From Mobula birostris (lineage: Eukaryota), in assembly GCF_030028105.1 (NCBI RefSeq), contig NC_092398.1, forward strand, positions 23,079,649 to 23,143,648: 64,000 nucleotides of DNA, in the 5' to 3' direction. Shown here piece after piece: positions 52,601 to 63,948 of this stretch (position 1 is the stretch's first letter; each line of letters starts with the position of its first letter). The translations under genes were made by a program, and so were the position numbers. The notes under the pieces were generated by a model. That model was not told the DNA's origin, did not search any database, and saw only the letters and a program-made list of their open reading frames with translations.

Positions 52601-55215
52601 CCTATAAGGAGAGGTTGGACAAACTTGAGTTGGCGGAGTATGTGGATGAGGTTGTAAATGAGGATCTCGTGTCAGCGCGAGGACATGGAGGATAGTGAGA
52701 TCAGTGGAGGATGCTAGTATGCCAGAGCATCATGAAATAGAGGAGATAAGTGTCCATTCGTTACTGTCATTCAACTGTACACGTCTACAGCCAAATGAAA
52801 CAACGTTCCTCCAGACCAAGGTGCACAACACAGTACATGTAACTCACACACAACACATAAAGTAATACTTATTTTGTTATGTTCGGTGTTGTACGATGTG
52901 GGCAATCATGATCTATCCATGATTGTTCTTGGCAAATTTTTCGACAGAAGTGGTTTGCCATTGCCTTCTTCTGGGCAGCATCTTTACAAGGCGGGTGACC
53001 CCAGCCATTGTCAATACTCTTCAGAGATAGTCTGCCTGGCATCAATGGTCACATGACCAGGACTTGAGATGTGCACCGGCTGCTCATACAACTGTCCCCC
53101 ATGGCTTCACATGATCGGGGGCTAAGCAGGTGCTACGCCTTGCCCAGGGCTAGCGGAGGGAAGGAGTGTCTTACACCTCCACTCAGAAGTAAGAGTAGGT
53201 TCTCTTAAAGAATTCAGGGAATATTTGATTCTGCGCTTTGCGCTCCCTGGAGTACAAATCGATAGTAAATAGTAAAAATTTAAATTACAAATCATAAATA
53301 GAAAATAGAAAAGGGAAAGCAAGGTAGTGCAAAAAACCAAGAGGCAGGCCCAGATATCTGGAGGGTATGGCCCAGATCCGGGTCAGGATCCATTCAGCAG
53401 TCTTATCACTGTTGAAAAGAAGCTGTTCCCAAATCTGGCCGTACAAGTCTTCAAGCTCCTGAGCTTTCTCCTGGAGGGAAGAGGGACGAAAGGTGTGTTG
53501 GCTGGGTGGGTCGTGTCCTTGATTATCCTGGCAGCACTGCTCCGACAGTGTGCGGTATAAAGTGAGTCCAAGGACGGAAGATTGGTTTGTGTGAGGTACT
53601 GCCCCGTGTTCACGATCTTCTGCAGCTTCTTTTGGTCTTGGACAGGACAACTTCCATACCAGGTTGTGATGCACCCTAGAAGAATGCTTTCTACGGTGCA
53701 TATATAAAAGTTAGTGAGGGTTTTACAGGACAGGCCAAATTTCTTTAGCTTTCTCAGGAAGTAAAGGCGCTGGTGGGCCTTCTTGGCAGTGAACTCTGCT
53801 TGGTTGGACCAAGTCAGGTCATTTGTGATATTGACCCCGAGGAACTTAAAGCTTTTGACCTGTTCCACTTGCGCACCACCAATGTAAATGGGGTCGTGCA
53901 GTCCGCTACTCCTTCTGAAGTCAACAACCAATTCCTTCGTCTTGCTGACGTTGAGGGATAGGTTATTGTCTTCGCACCATGCCACCAAGTTCTTAATTTC
54001 CTCTCTGTACTCAAACTCATCATTACCCGAGGTACGGCCGACAATTGTGGTGTCATCAGCAAACTTATACACTGAGTTCGATAGATATATATAGCTCTTG
54101 TAATTGATTTACTTATTTATTCCTTTCTTTCTATATTACAATGTATTGCATTGTACTACTGGTGCTAAGTTAACAAACTTCATGACACATGCTGATATTA
54201 AACCCAATTCTGATTCAAATGGCTGTTACACAGACACGAGTGCAGTGAATGGAGGGAGATGGGTCACGATAACAGCGGGGTAGAAGCTATCCTCGAGCCT
54301 GGTGGGACATGATTTCACACTTTTCTTTCTCCTGCCCCATGGGAGAGGGGAGAAATAGGAGCAGGAGTAGGCCATCTGGCCTGTTGAGCCTGCTCTGCCA
54401 TTCAATCAGATCATGGCTGACCTGACCATGGACTCATCTCCACCTATCCGCCTTTTCACCATAACCCTTAATTCCCCTACTATGCAAAGACCTACCCGAC
54501 CTTGTCTTAAAAATATTTACTGAGGTAGCCTCCACTGCTTCATTGGGCAGATAATTCCACAGATTCACCAGTCTTTGGGAAAAACTTCATCAACCATGGG
54601 TTAGATAACGGTGACCATTAGGGCACGATAACAGCTGGGTAGAAGCTATCCTCGAGCACTCAGGGCACCCCTTGCCCTCCTGCCCAAAGCACCCAGATGT
54701 GGAACCATCTTGTTTTGGGCTCCCTCTCAGTCTAGAGGGGAAACATTCACCATTTCCCTCCCCATAGATGCTGCCCGACCGATTTAACCATGTCACCTGA
54801 GAACAACTCGCGCTATCACTATTATTTAGAATTTGTCTCCTTTTTTGCACATTGGCTCTTTCTCAGTTTATGTTTTTTTTACATAAATTCTATTTATTTT
54901 CCGGTAGATGTTCGCATTTGCTGACCGGTATGTACTTTGATAATAAAGTAATCGGCTTTCCGGATCACGTGACACAATCGCCGACCCGGAGAGCAGGTGG
55001 GCCACGTGACTTAGCTCCCCGCGAGGGGCTCACGTGACGATATTCCGCGCTATCCGCTGTCTACGCAGGCGCAATGCGTTCCGCCCGGACAACGCAAGCC
55101 CGCTAACCCCCGTAACCTTGCCACCGCTGCCGATGGGTCTCCCCGGGGTCGTCCCCCCCATCCGCACTGCCCGCCGCCCGGCACCGTACCATGGTTCGCG
55201 GGCGTACTCCTCCAT
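37559..55215 (-). CDS. TIMM17B: Mitochondrial import inner membrane translocase subunit Tim17-B, complete, 169 aa
   Basis: complement(join(55190-55215,47390-47489,45471-45534,44699-44827,38111-38221,37559-37638)) = 510 nt. [29 protein letters not shown]...; the C-terminal [11 protein letters not shown] tail and head-to-head position with PQBP1 indicate the B paralogue. Confidence 0.97.
38111..38221 (-). CDS. TIMM17B: TIMM17B coding exon 5
   Basis: [36 protein letters not shown], 111 nt. Confidence 0.96.
38996..39477 (+). mobile_element. CR1-like 3' end nested in the Rex1 element
   Basis: [19 protein letters not shown]; 7-bp TSD aagagtc (38989-38995 and 39478-39484). Confidence 0.88.
39869..40379. 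mobile_element. PIF/Harbinger-like MITE nested in the Rex1 element
   Basis: About 37-bp TIRs aggctgatttatacttgtgcgtcaactc / gagttgacgcagaagcataaatcagcct; flanks tta / tca. Confidence 0.85.
42676..43915 (-). mobile_element. L1-type LINE 3' end interrupted by an insertion at 42821-43710
   Basis: Minus strand ...[20 protein letters not shown], followed by a T-rich 3' UTR ending aataaaaa. Confidence 0.65.
42821..43710 (+). pseudogene. Probable processed retrocopy of an unidentified polyadenylated transcript
   Basis: AATAAA at 43672-43677, poly(A) at 43702-43710, and flanking direct repeat aaaaag(t/g)gagggg (42808-42820 and 43706-43718). Confidence 0.6.
44699..44827 (-). CDS. TIMM17B: TIMM17B coding exon 4
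   Basis: [42 protein letters not shown], 129 nt. Confidence 0.96.
45471..45534 (-). CDS. TIMM17B: TIMM17B coding exon 3
   Basis: [21 protein letters not shown], 64 nt. Confidence 0.96.
47390..47489 (-). CDS. TIMM17B: TIMM17B coding exon 2
   Basis: [33 protein letters not shown], 100 nt. Confidence 0.96.
49060..49335 (+). mobile_element. tRNA-derived SINE (related copies at about 25560-25770 -, 30985-31225 - and 31610-31810 +)
   Basis: tagcggttagc...gagttca head; core ggtttcctccgggtgctccagtttcctcccacagt. Confidence 0.8.
49383..49915 (+). mobile_element. RTE-like non-autonomous element with HDV-like fold at its 5' end; diverged inverted copy at about 50400-50862
   Basis: The two copies align from catggggtgtcc to ...ccacttt(a/g)aaaactctcc...tttcctgtca. 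Confidence 0.7.
53190..54080 (-). mobile_element. Young Rex1/Babar-type LINE 3' end with open RT C-terminal frame
   Basis: Uninterrupted 229-aa frame [11 protein letters not shown]...[15 protein letters not shown]...FKFLGV...[12 protein letters not shown]. Confidence 0.92.
55190..55215 (-). CDS. TIMM17B: TIMM17B coding exon 1
   Basis: aacATG GAG GAG TAC GCC CGC GAA CCA TG|gtacgg, 26 nt. Confidence 0.95.
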
Positions 55216-55639
55216 GTTGCTCCGCGGCCGACGGGCGCTCCCCGCCGCCGCCTGGTGACGACAGTACGACGGCTCCGCTTCTTGTCACGTGCCCCTCCTT
55301 GCCTGGCGTCACGGCCAAACCGTCAGGTCGAACGACGGATTACGTCAGACGTGTCAGGTGACGCAATTCCTCATTAAACGCGATTGCTGCAGAACCGAAA
55401 GGAAACGTGAACGTTAAACATTCTGTACATATTGCTGAAGCGGTTTTGTCTTCTTGTTCTGATTGGATGACGTGAATGCCAATCAATGAGGTTTTCCCAC
55501 CTCCAGGAGACGTCGCATGCGTCGTTGAATGAGTCCGAATCAGTCAAATGGTGAATGACCCCACCTTCACGGTCTCCGATTGGCCCGAAAGACCGTCCAT
55601 CACCAGCAGACGCGTCTAATTGTGACGTTTACAACCTGC

Positions 55640-55692
55640 GACGGACGACCACGTTAATGGAACGCGACAAAACGGAGTCGCTGCTGTTGAGG
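55640..55692 (+). other. PQBP1: Probable non-coding first exon of PQBP1 (start approximate)
   Basis: Strong donor gagg|gtgagt at 55692/55693 at the edge of the CpG island; matching acceptor cccccgcag| before 58107. Confidence 0.6.
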
Positions 55693-55857
55693 GTGAGTGA
55701 CTGAGGGCCAGAGTGAGGGAGGGAGAGAATGAGGGGAAAGTGAGGGAAGTACGCATGATCATGTCGTCTGTTTATAACCGTAACCCCGGTCTTTCCGAGC
55801 CTTGACGCCGTTATCCCGTCACTCTGCCCTCTGATCCTTGACCCTTGACCTAGGCAT

Positions 55858-55996
55858 CAACACGAGAAAATCTGCAGGTGCTGGAAGTTCAAACAACTAT
55901 CCTGACGAAGGGTCTCGGCCCGAAACGTCGACTGTATTTCTTTCTATAGATGCTGCCTGGCCTGCTGCGTTTCACTAGCATTTTGTGTGTGTGTTA
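55858..55996 (+). mobile_element. Penelope-like terminal-repeat fragment (inverted tail plus hammerhead unit)
   Basis: cacgagaaaatctgcaggtgctgga (inverted family tail), then ctgacgaagggtctcggcccgaaacgtcgactg...gatgctgcctggcctgctgcg. Confidence 0.75.
55897..55934 (+). ncRNA. Minimal type I hammerhead ribozyme motif
   Basis: CUGACGA at 55902-55908, stem II GGGU-CUCG-GCCC, GAAAC at 55922-55926, GUC cleavage triplet at 55927-55929. Confidence 0.7.
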
Positions 55997-56429
55997 CCGT
56001 AATTCGTCATTCTGACTTCTGACCTAGGTTGTGATCGCTCTGGTACCTGGACCACAATTTGTTCATAATCCCGTAGCTCTGACCTCTGCTCCAGGATGTG
56101 ACCGTAACCAATTGCTCTGACCCTTGACCCAGACTGAGACGGTAACCAGTCGCTCTGACCCTTGACCCAGCCTGTGTGCGTAACTCCGTTACTCTGACCC
56201 CTAACCCTGGATCTGACCAGGTGTAGAGTGCCCAAGGCTGGCATTTCTGAGACATGGGTCCCCTGGGGTCACAGGCAGCCATCACTCCCTTCCCCCTTAT
56301 GTTGGCAGAGAGACATCATCACAGTGATCCCCTTCACAGCTCTGCCGGTGGTGCTCCACACTCGACATTTCCAACATCCTTTGCTCCCACCAGATTTACA
56401 AACTCCTCTCTGCTCCATGTTGACAAATA

Positions 56430-56496
56430 CAGTACTGTGCAAAATCTCAGGCACCCCAGCAAAATATATAGTGCCTAAAACTTTTGCATAATACCG
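56430..56496. mobile_element. Tiny Tc1/mariner-type MITE
   Basis: TIRs cagtactgtgcaaaatctcaggcac / gtgcctaaaacttttgcataataccg with TA flanks. Confidence 0.7.
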
Positions 56497-57050
56497 TATA
56501 TGTCACCATATACACCCCGATGAGATTCATTTTCTTACGGGCATACTCACGAAATCTGATAGCCATAATAAAATCAATGAAACACCACACCAACAGGGCA
56601 GACCACCAGTGTGCCAAAGACAACATAGTCATACTTTATTGATGCTGGGAAAAATTGGTTTTCATTACAGTTGCACCATAAATAATAAATAGTAATGGAA
56701 CCATAAATAGTTAAATGGTAATATGTAAATTATGCCAGTAAATTATGAAATAAGCCCAGGACCAACCTATTGGCTCAGGGTGTCTGACCCTCCAAGGGAG
56801 GAGTTGTAAAGTTTGATGGCCACAGGCAGGAATGACTTCCTATGAAGCTCTGTGCTGCATCTTGGTGGAATGAGTCCCACCGAGATTGCACAAAATGTGC
56901 AATTACAAAAAGAAAGAAAAATAATATATAAATAAGCAATAAATATCGAGGACATGAGATGAAGAGTCCTTGAAAGTGGATCCATAGGTTGTGGGAACAT
57001 TTCAATGATGGGGCGAGTGAAGTTTTCCCCTTTGGTTCAAGAGCCTGATG

Positions 57051-57559
57051 CCGACATCCCACCCTGCAAAAACTTATTTCAGGGAGGTAGCACCAGCAAT
57101 TTGCGGGATACTCCCATAACTTCCGGGAGAGGTGGGATGTCTGCAGTAGAGTAGCTCCTTAGCAGCTAGCCAGCTGGTTTAAATAACATTATCTACGCTA
57201 ATGAACGAATGATACCTGTTAAATTCACCTCATCATGTCTTTTACAGTCTTACCCCACCATGGGCAATAGAAAAGTCACTGTTGCAAACAGTGCAGTGAG
57301 CAACACTGTCATTATTTTGACCCCTATTAGGCAGGGGTACACTTTAGTGTAGTTTGGGGTGACGTATGTTTTATATTTTCTTCTTTTGGAACACTCTGCC
57401 ATGGCGCGCTCATGCTCTCTCTGTTGTGGTCGCTCTCGTGCGCTCTCTCACTCTCAAAAAAATTGGTTTCCATGATATTGTACATAATTTGCGGGCATCA
57501 GGGAGCCACTATCAATATGCAGGAGACTCCCGGAACCTCCGGGAGAGGTGGGATGTCTG
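57051..57559. mobile_element. Non-autonomous DNA transposon (hAT-like)
   Basis: TIRs ccgacatcccacc / ggtgggatgtctg and flanking ctgatg duplication; an internal copy of the right end sits at about 57110-57143. Confidence 0.75.
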
Positions 57560-58167
57560 CTGATGGCTGAGAGGTAATAACTGTTCCTGAACCGGTCGGT
57601 GTGAGCTCCTAATGGCAGTGGCGAGATGAACTATGAACTTTGAACTTCTCACTGCCTCAGTAAAGCAGCCAGCAGAATCAAAGACCCCACCCACCCCCGA
57701 CATGGTCCCTTCTCCCCCCCCCATCGAGCAGAAGATTCAAAAGCCTGAAAGCACCTCCCACCAGGCTCAGGGACAGCTTCTACCCCCCCCCCCCCGTTAG
57801 AAGACAACTGAACGGTTCTCTCGTGCAATTAGTTGGACCCCCTACCTCACAGACTACCTCGTGATGACTTTCAATTGTATTGTCTACCTGCACTGCACTC
57901 TCTCTGTAACTGTTACACTCTATTCTGCATTCTGTGATTGTTTTACCTTGTTCTCCCTTGCGCTCTGTGTAATGATCAGATCTGTATGGACAGTGTGCAA
58001 GACGAGCTTTTCCCTGTATCTCGGCACCTGTGACAATAATTAATGCCAACGAGGAATTGCATTGTACCCACTGTGTTGGACGATAATCTGATTTGTGCCC
58101 CCGCAGTTCGGCGCCTGGCGTCCGACGGCCTGAACAGGAAGACGTGCTCACTGGTCCTCCCCCCACC

Positions 58168-58234
58168 ATGCCTCTCCCCCTGGCGCTCCAAGCCCGTCTG
58201 GCCAAGCGAGGCATCCTCAAGCACGTGGAACCAG
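58168..58234 (+). CDS. PQBP1: PQBP1 first coding exon
   Basis: ccaccATG Kozak context; donor cag|gtatgt; 67 nt. Confidence 0.95.
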
Positions 58235-61200
58235 GTATGTTCCCCGCTTCCCGACACTCCCGACCCCCCCCCCCCACCTGCGGAGCCACCAGAGCAGCCC
58301 CTCACTTCTCACTAGAGCACTACGCCGAGGGAGTCGGCGTAGTGCTCTAGTGAGAAGTGAGGGGCTGCTCCGGTGGCTCCGCAGGTAGTGCTGCTAACTC
58401 GCGGCTCCAGGAACCCGGGCTGGATCCCTGACCAATTTGCCCGAGCGTGCCCCCGTATCCCTCGCATGGTGGGTTAGTAAACTGTCCTCTGGTGTGTGGG
58501 TCAGAAGTCTCTTCGGGGTGCTAAAGCGGTTTGTCAGAATGAGGGGCGGCTCCCATTGAAACCGGCTAAATATTGAAATGCCCAGATGGAGCAGATGTGG
58601 AAAGGACGTTTCCTGTAGCGAGGTAGCCTTGGACCAGAGGGCACAGCCTCAGAATGGAACGCCATCCATTTAGAACAGAGATGAGGAGGAATGTCTTCAG
58701 CCAGAGGGCAGTGAATCTGTGGAATTCATTGCCACAGTCGGCTGTGGAGGCCAAGTGATTGGGTATATGTAACCCTCTCACCGTATGTTCATAATCAGTT
58801 AGCTATTACTGCGAATACAAGATAACAGCAACATAACTCAATAATGCATGGAAATAACAATGAAAAGCCCATATTCCCAATAAATAAACATGTCCAGTGT
58901 AAAAATGATGCAGGCAAGCACAACACCAAAAAGTCTGAATGTTCCTTTAAGGGAACACAGGACAGTTACTTGAATGAACACTGACCGCACATGTGAATGT
59001 ACCATTTGCCAGGGAGCACACCATTATAGAGGCATAGAGAAGTACAGCACAGAAACAGGCCCTTCGGTCCGTCTAGTCCATGCTTAAACCATTTAAGCTG
59101 CTTACTCCCATCGACCTGCACTGGGACCATAGTCCTCCATACCCCTCCCATCCATCTACCAATAGAAACCTCTCTTAAACTTTGAAATCGAGCTTGCATG
59201 CACCACTTGTGCTGGCAGCTGGTTCCACACTCCGATGACCCTCTGAGTGAAGAAGTTTCCCCTCATGTTCCCCTTAAACTTTTCACCTTTCACCCTTAAC
59301 CCATGACTTCTAGTTGTAGTCCACCCCAACTTCAGTGAAAAAAGCCCGCTAGCATTTACCCTATCTGTACCTCTCTTAGTTTTGTACACCCCTATCAAAT
59401 CTCCTCTCAATCTTCTACGTTCCAAAGAATACGGCCCTAACCTATTCAATCTTCCCACATAACTCAGGTCCTCCAGACCCAGCAACATCCTTGTAAATTT
59501 TCTCAGTACTCTTTCCACCTTGTTTACATCTTTCCTGTAGGTAGGTGCCCAAACCTGCACACTCCCAATTAGGCCTCACCAACATCTTGTACAAATTCAA
59601 CATAACATCCCATCTCCTGTACTCAGTACTCTGATTTATGAAGGCCAATGTGCCAAAAGCTTTCTTTACACCCCTATATGCCTGTGATGCCACCTTCAAT
59701 GAATTATGTATCTGTATTCCCAGATCTCTTTGTTCCACCACACTCCTCAGTGCCCTGCTGTTCACTGTGTAAGCCCTATGCTGGTTGGTCCTACCAGAGT
59801 GCAAAACCTTACAGATGTTCATATTGAATTCCATCGGCTATTTTTCAGCCCACTTTCCAGCTGGGGCAGACCCTTCTCCATGCTGTGATAGCCTTCCCCA
59901 CTGTCCACTACACCCTCCCCCCCAATCTCAGCGTCACCCGCAAATTTCCTGATCCTGTTAGCCACATTTATCATCCAGATCATTGATATAGATGACAAAC
60001 CACAGCAGACCCAGCACAGGCCTCCAGTCAGAGAGGCAACCAACTACGACCACTCTGGCTTCTACCAATTTACTACCTCATCCTGAATGCCGAGTGACTG
60101 AGCCTTCTCGACCAGCCTCCCATGCGGGACCTTGTCAAATGCTTTGCTGAAGTCCACGTAGACAACATCCACTCCCTTGCCTTCATCCACTTTCCTGGTA
60201 ACTTCCTTGAAAACCTCTAAGATTGGTCAGACATGAAGCCATGCTGACTGTCCTTAATCAGTCTATGTCTATCCAAATACTTAGATGTGTGATTCCGTAG
60301 AGTATCTTCCAATAACTTTCAGACTCACTGCCATATAAAATCCTGGTTTCTTTATAAACAGCAGAACAACATTGACTATCCTTCAATCCTCTGGTAGCTC
60401 TCCTGTTGATAAGAATGATTTAAATTTCTCTGCCAGGGCCCCAGCAATTTCTGCACTTGCCTCCCACAGGGTCCAAGGGAACACCTGTCAGGCCATGGGG
60501 ATTTACCCACCCTGATTTGCCTCACTTCCATAGACTCTGTGTCTGTCTCCCGAGTAAATACAGATGCAAAGAATGCATTGAAGATCTCCCCCATCCGTTT
60601 TGGCTTCCAGTGGTCCTCAGTCATACACATACAGACTCTCATCGGCACACGGACGGTCATACACACACTTGGAGGGGAGGGGGCGCTGTGCAGTGTGGGT
60701 TGAAGAGTCTGTTCCGTGCTTTATGTCAATAAATAAATAAAATCCTTCAACTCCAGTCGTACATACACACAGGCACAGTGCGTCCCTCTTCCCTCACTCC
60801 CTCGCCAAACCCCCAACTCCACCCCCTCCCCCATCTCCACCCCCCTCCCCATTCCACCCCCTCTCCCCCCAACTCCACCCCCTCTTCCCCCACACTCCCC
60901 CTTCTTCCCTGCCCCCTCTTCTCCCCCCCTTCCCACTCCCTCTGTCTCTGCCCCCCTCCCCCTCCCTCTCTCTCACACTCACAGTGCCGGAGATCATGAT
61001 CAAACCCAGGGCTCTGTATCTGTGACCCAGCCTCTCTCCCCTCTGAACTATCATGCGTCCTTCGCTGTGCACAGGGAAATAATACCTGGGGCAATGAGAC
61101 TGCTCCGGGAGACAGGATAAACTCGATGGGCCGAGTGGTCACCGCCTGTGCTACACAACTGTTGGCCACCTCCCCCTTGCTCTGATTCGCCGCCTTCCTC

Positions 61201-63948
61201 CATCCGTCCCCCCCTCAACATTCACCCCGACCACTCTCCCACCAACTCCACAGAGCCCGACGAGGAGATTATCGCTGAAGACTACGACGATGATCACATC
61301 GATTACGAAGCCACGCGGCTGGAGAATCTGCCCCCCAACTGGTACAAGGTCTTCGAGCCCAGCAGGTGAGGCTCACTGGGTGTTGACGTCTCCCCTCTAT
61401 CTCACTCTCCCTCTCTCCCACCCCTCCTGTGTCTGTCTCTCCCCACCTTCCTGGCAAAGCCTCTCCATCCCAATCCCTCTCCTTTCCCCGACTATCCCCC
61501 TCCACTTTCCCCGACTCTGCCTTCCGTCACACCCACTTTCTCTCTCACTTTCCCGCCCTCCTCACTGTTGTGTGTTCACTCTCAAATACCTTTGGAGATG
61601 ACGCAGCAAGAATGTGCAGCGGGTAGGGACGCTGTCTCCCAGCTCTTGAAACGCAGGCTCGATGCCGACTTCCACCACTCTATCTGTCCCTCTGTGTGTC
61701 CGTGTGTGCGCGTGTGTGGTGCCTGTGACCTGTGGGTTTCCTCCCTTCACTCCCGTGCCCAATCGGACATGCGGGGTCAGGAGCTTGTGGTTTGTGTGAG
61801 AGATGGCGTGACGGTGATGGGCGACGGGGAACGATTGGTCTGAGTACTGAGACTGTAATGGAAACTATTGAAGAGAACTACAGGACGTAAGACAGATCTG
61901 TCACCAGGGTGAGGTGGTTCTCACCGAAAGAGATTAGTGGGATTCAGGGGAGCTTTGTAAAGCATCAGTCAGACTGCAACACACACAAAATGCTGGAGGA
62001 ACTCAGCAGGCTAGGCAGCATCTAGGAAAACAATACAGTCGACATTTCGGGCCAGAACCCTTTGGCAGGACTACACTTTGGAGTACTGTGAGCAGTATTG
62101 GGCCCCTTATCTAAGAAAGGATGTGCTGGCAATAGAGAGGGTCCAGAGAAGGTTCATGAGAATGATCCCGGGAATGAAAGGGTTCACGTATGAGGAGCGT
62201 TGACAGCTCTGGGCCTGTGCTCACTGGAGTTCAGAAGAGTGAATTCATTGAAACCTATCGGATATTGAAAGCACGCAATAGAGTTGACAAGGAGGGTATG
62301 TTTCCTGTAGTGAGGGAGTCTAGGACCATAGGGCACAGCCTCAGAATAGAAAGATGTCCATTTAGAACAGAAACGAGGAAGAATTTCTTTAGTCAGAGGC
62401 TGGTGAGTCTGGAATTCATTGCCACAGGCAGCTGTGGAGGCCAAGTCATTGGGTGTATTTAAATCAAAGCTTGATAGGTTCCTAATTAGTCAGAGTGTTA
62501 AAGGTTACGAGTATGGGGTTGAGAGGGATAATAAATCAGCCATGATGGAATGGCAGAGCAGGCTCGATGGGCCAAATGGCCTAATTCTGCCCCTGTACCT
62601 GTAATTGGGTGCTTGTGGATGCTTTCAGAATGACACTCCTCCTATTAAGCTCCTTCTGCCCACCCTGAACTATCCCCGTTGGTGGGGGAGGTGGGAGTTG
62701 GGACCAGGAAAGCCGCAGGGGAGGGGATTGGCTGCCCAGGTTGAGGGGTAACTCGGTTCAGTCCACCTGCAAGGAAGTACAATTGAGTAGGAACAACTTT
62801 AGTGGGCGGTAGGGTGGAGGCCGCGGAGGGAAGGAGGAGGAGGACAAGTGAGAGTATCCGGGAGGGGAGAGGGCGAGTGTGGAGAGTTGGCATCGGGAGG
62901 AGGCGAGAGTTGGGGGGGGAACGGGGAGGGACAAATGGATGAAGTGTTGGGAGAGGAGGAAGAGACAACGAGGAGGGAGCAGAGGGACATGCAGATGGAG
63001 GGTCATGGGGGGGGTGGAAGGCCAGGAAGGGGGGAGAAAACTAGAATGTCGGGCAAGTGGAAACTAGAGGGTCAGGAAGGGGGAAGAAGAGACTGCAGGG
63101 TCGGGGGGGTTACTGTGGAAGGTCAGGGAAGGGAAGGGGAAATGAGGATCAGGGAGGGGGGAGAAGAGACTGCAGAGTCGGGGGGGTTACTGTGGAAGAT
63201 CAGGGAAGGGAAGCGGAAACAAGGATCAGGGAGGGGAAGTCTGTGGAGGGTCAGGGAGGGCAGAGAGGGAGAGTGGAGGGTCAGGGAGGGCGGGGGGTAG
63301 ACTAGAGGGCAGGGAGGGGGGAAGAGGAGACTGGAGGATCAGGGAGGGGTGGAGACTGGAGGGTCGGGGGTTACTCTGGAAGGTCAGGGGAGGGGAAGGG
63401 AAAACAAGGATCAGGGAGGGGGCAGAGACTGGAGGTTCAGTGGGGCGGGGCAAGGAGACCGGACGGTCGGGGGGAACTGGAAGGAGTGGGGAGGGGACGC
63501 CAGAGGTTCAAGGAGGAGGGAGGACACTGGAATGTCGGGGGGGGGAGGGAAGACAGTGGAGGGTTAGGGAGGGTGGAGGGGGGAGACGGGGGGGTCAGGG
63601 AGGGTAGAGGGGTAGACTGTGGAGGATCAGGGAAGGGGGAGGAACTGTGGAAGGTCAGGGAGGGGGGAGGAAACTGGAATATCAGGGAAGGAGAAAGGGG
63701 AGACTTTGGAGGGTCAGGGAAGGGGAAGGGCAAACGATCAGGAAGGGGGAGACTGGAGGGTCGGTGGGGGGGAGAGACTGTACAGGGTCAGCGGGGATTG
63801 GGAGATGGGCAAAACGACAGCCAGTAACTCTGACCCCTTGCCCCCAGCGGCCTGCCCTACTACTGGAACATCGAGACTGACCTGGTGTCCTGGCTGCCTC
63901 CCACTGACGCGGCTGCCGTCATCACCAAGTCCGCCAAGAAACTGAAAG
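58168..63948 (+). CDS. PQBP1: Polyglutamine-binding protein 1, 5' part including the WW domain; continues beyond the window
   Basis: join(58168-58234,61254-61365,63848-63948). [78 protein letters not shown]... Confidence 0.97.
58276..58386. repeat. Near-perfect inverted repeat: 53-bp arms, 5-nt loop
   Basis: 58276-58328 is the reverse complement of 58334-58386 with one mismatch. Confidence 0.97.
59028..60620 (-). mobile_element. CR1-like LINE, degenerate ORF2
   Basis: [36 protein letters not shown] and conserved 3' tail. Confidence 0.9.
61254..61365 (+). CDS. PQBP1: PQBP1 second coding exon
   Basis: [10 protein letters not shown]...LPPNWYKVF; 112 nt. Confidence 0.95.
62074..62600 (+). mobile_element. 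CR1-like LINE 3' end
   Basis: [16 protein letters not shown]...GHSLRIE and tail ctcgatgggccaaatggcctaattctgc. Confidence 0.88.
63060..63765. repeat. Purine-rich degenerate minisatellite (gactggagggtcagggaagggg)
   Basis: Recurrent unit throughout the PQBP1 intron. Confidence 0.8.
63848..63948 (+). CDS. PQBP1: PQBP1 third coding exon
   Basis: [33 protein letters not shown]; donor aag|gtgatt. Confidence 0.93.

Larger units (their letters stand above)
54950..55700. promoter_or_regulatory. Bidirectional CpG-island promoter shared by TIMM17B and PQBP1
   Basis: CpG-dense. CACGTG E-boxes at 54966, 55003, 55031 and 55286; CRE/ATF-like ttacgtca, tgacgcaa and tgacgt between 55340 and 55630; CCAAT boxes near 55462, 55479 and 55579. 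Confidence 0.8.

Noticed and set aside
53383-54072. Host gene encoding a reverse transcriptase-like protein
   Set aside because: It is the 3' part of a Rex1/Babar LINE ORF, with no promoter or N-terminus.
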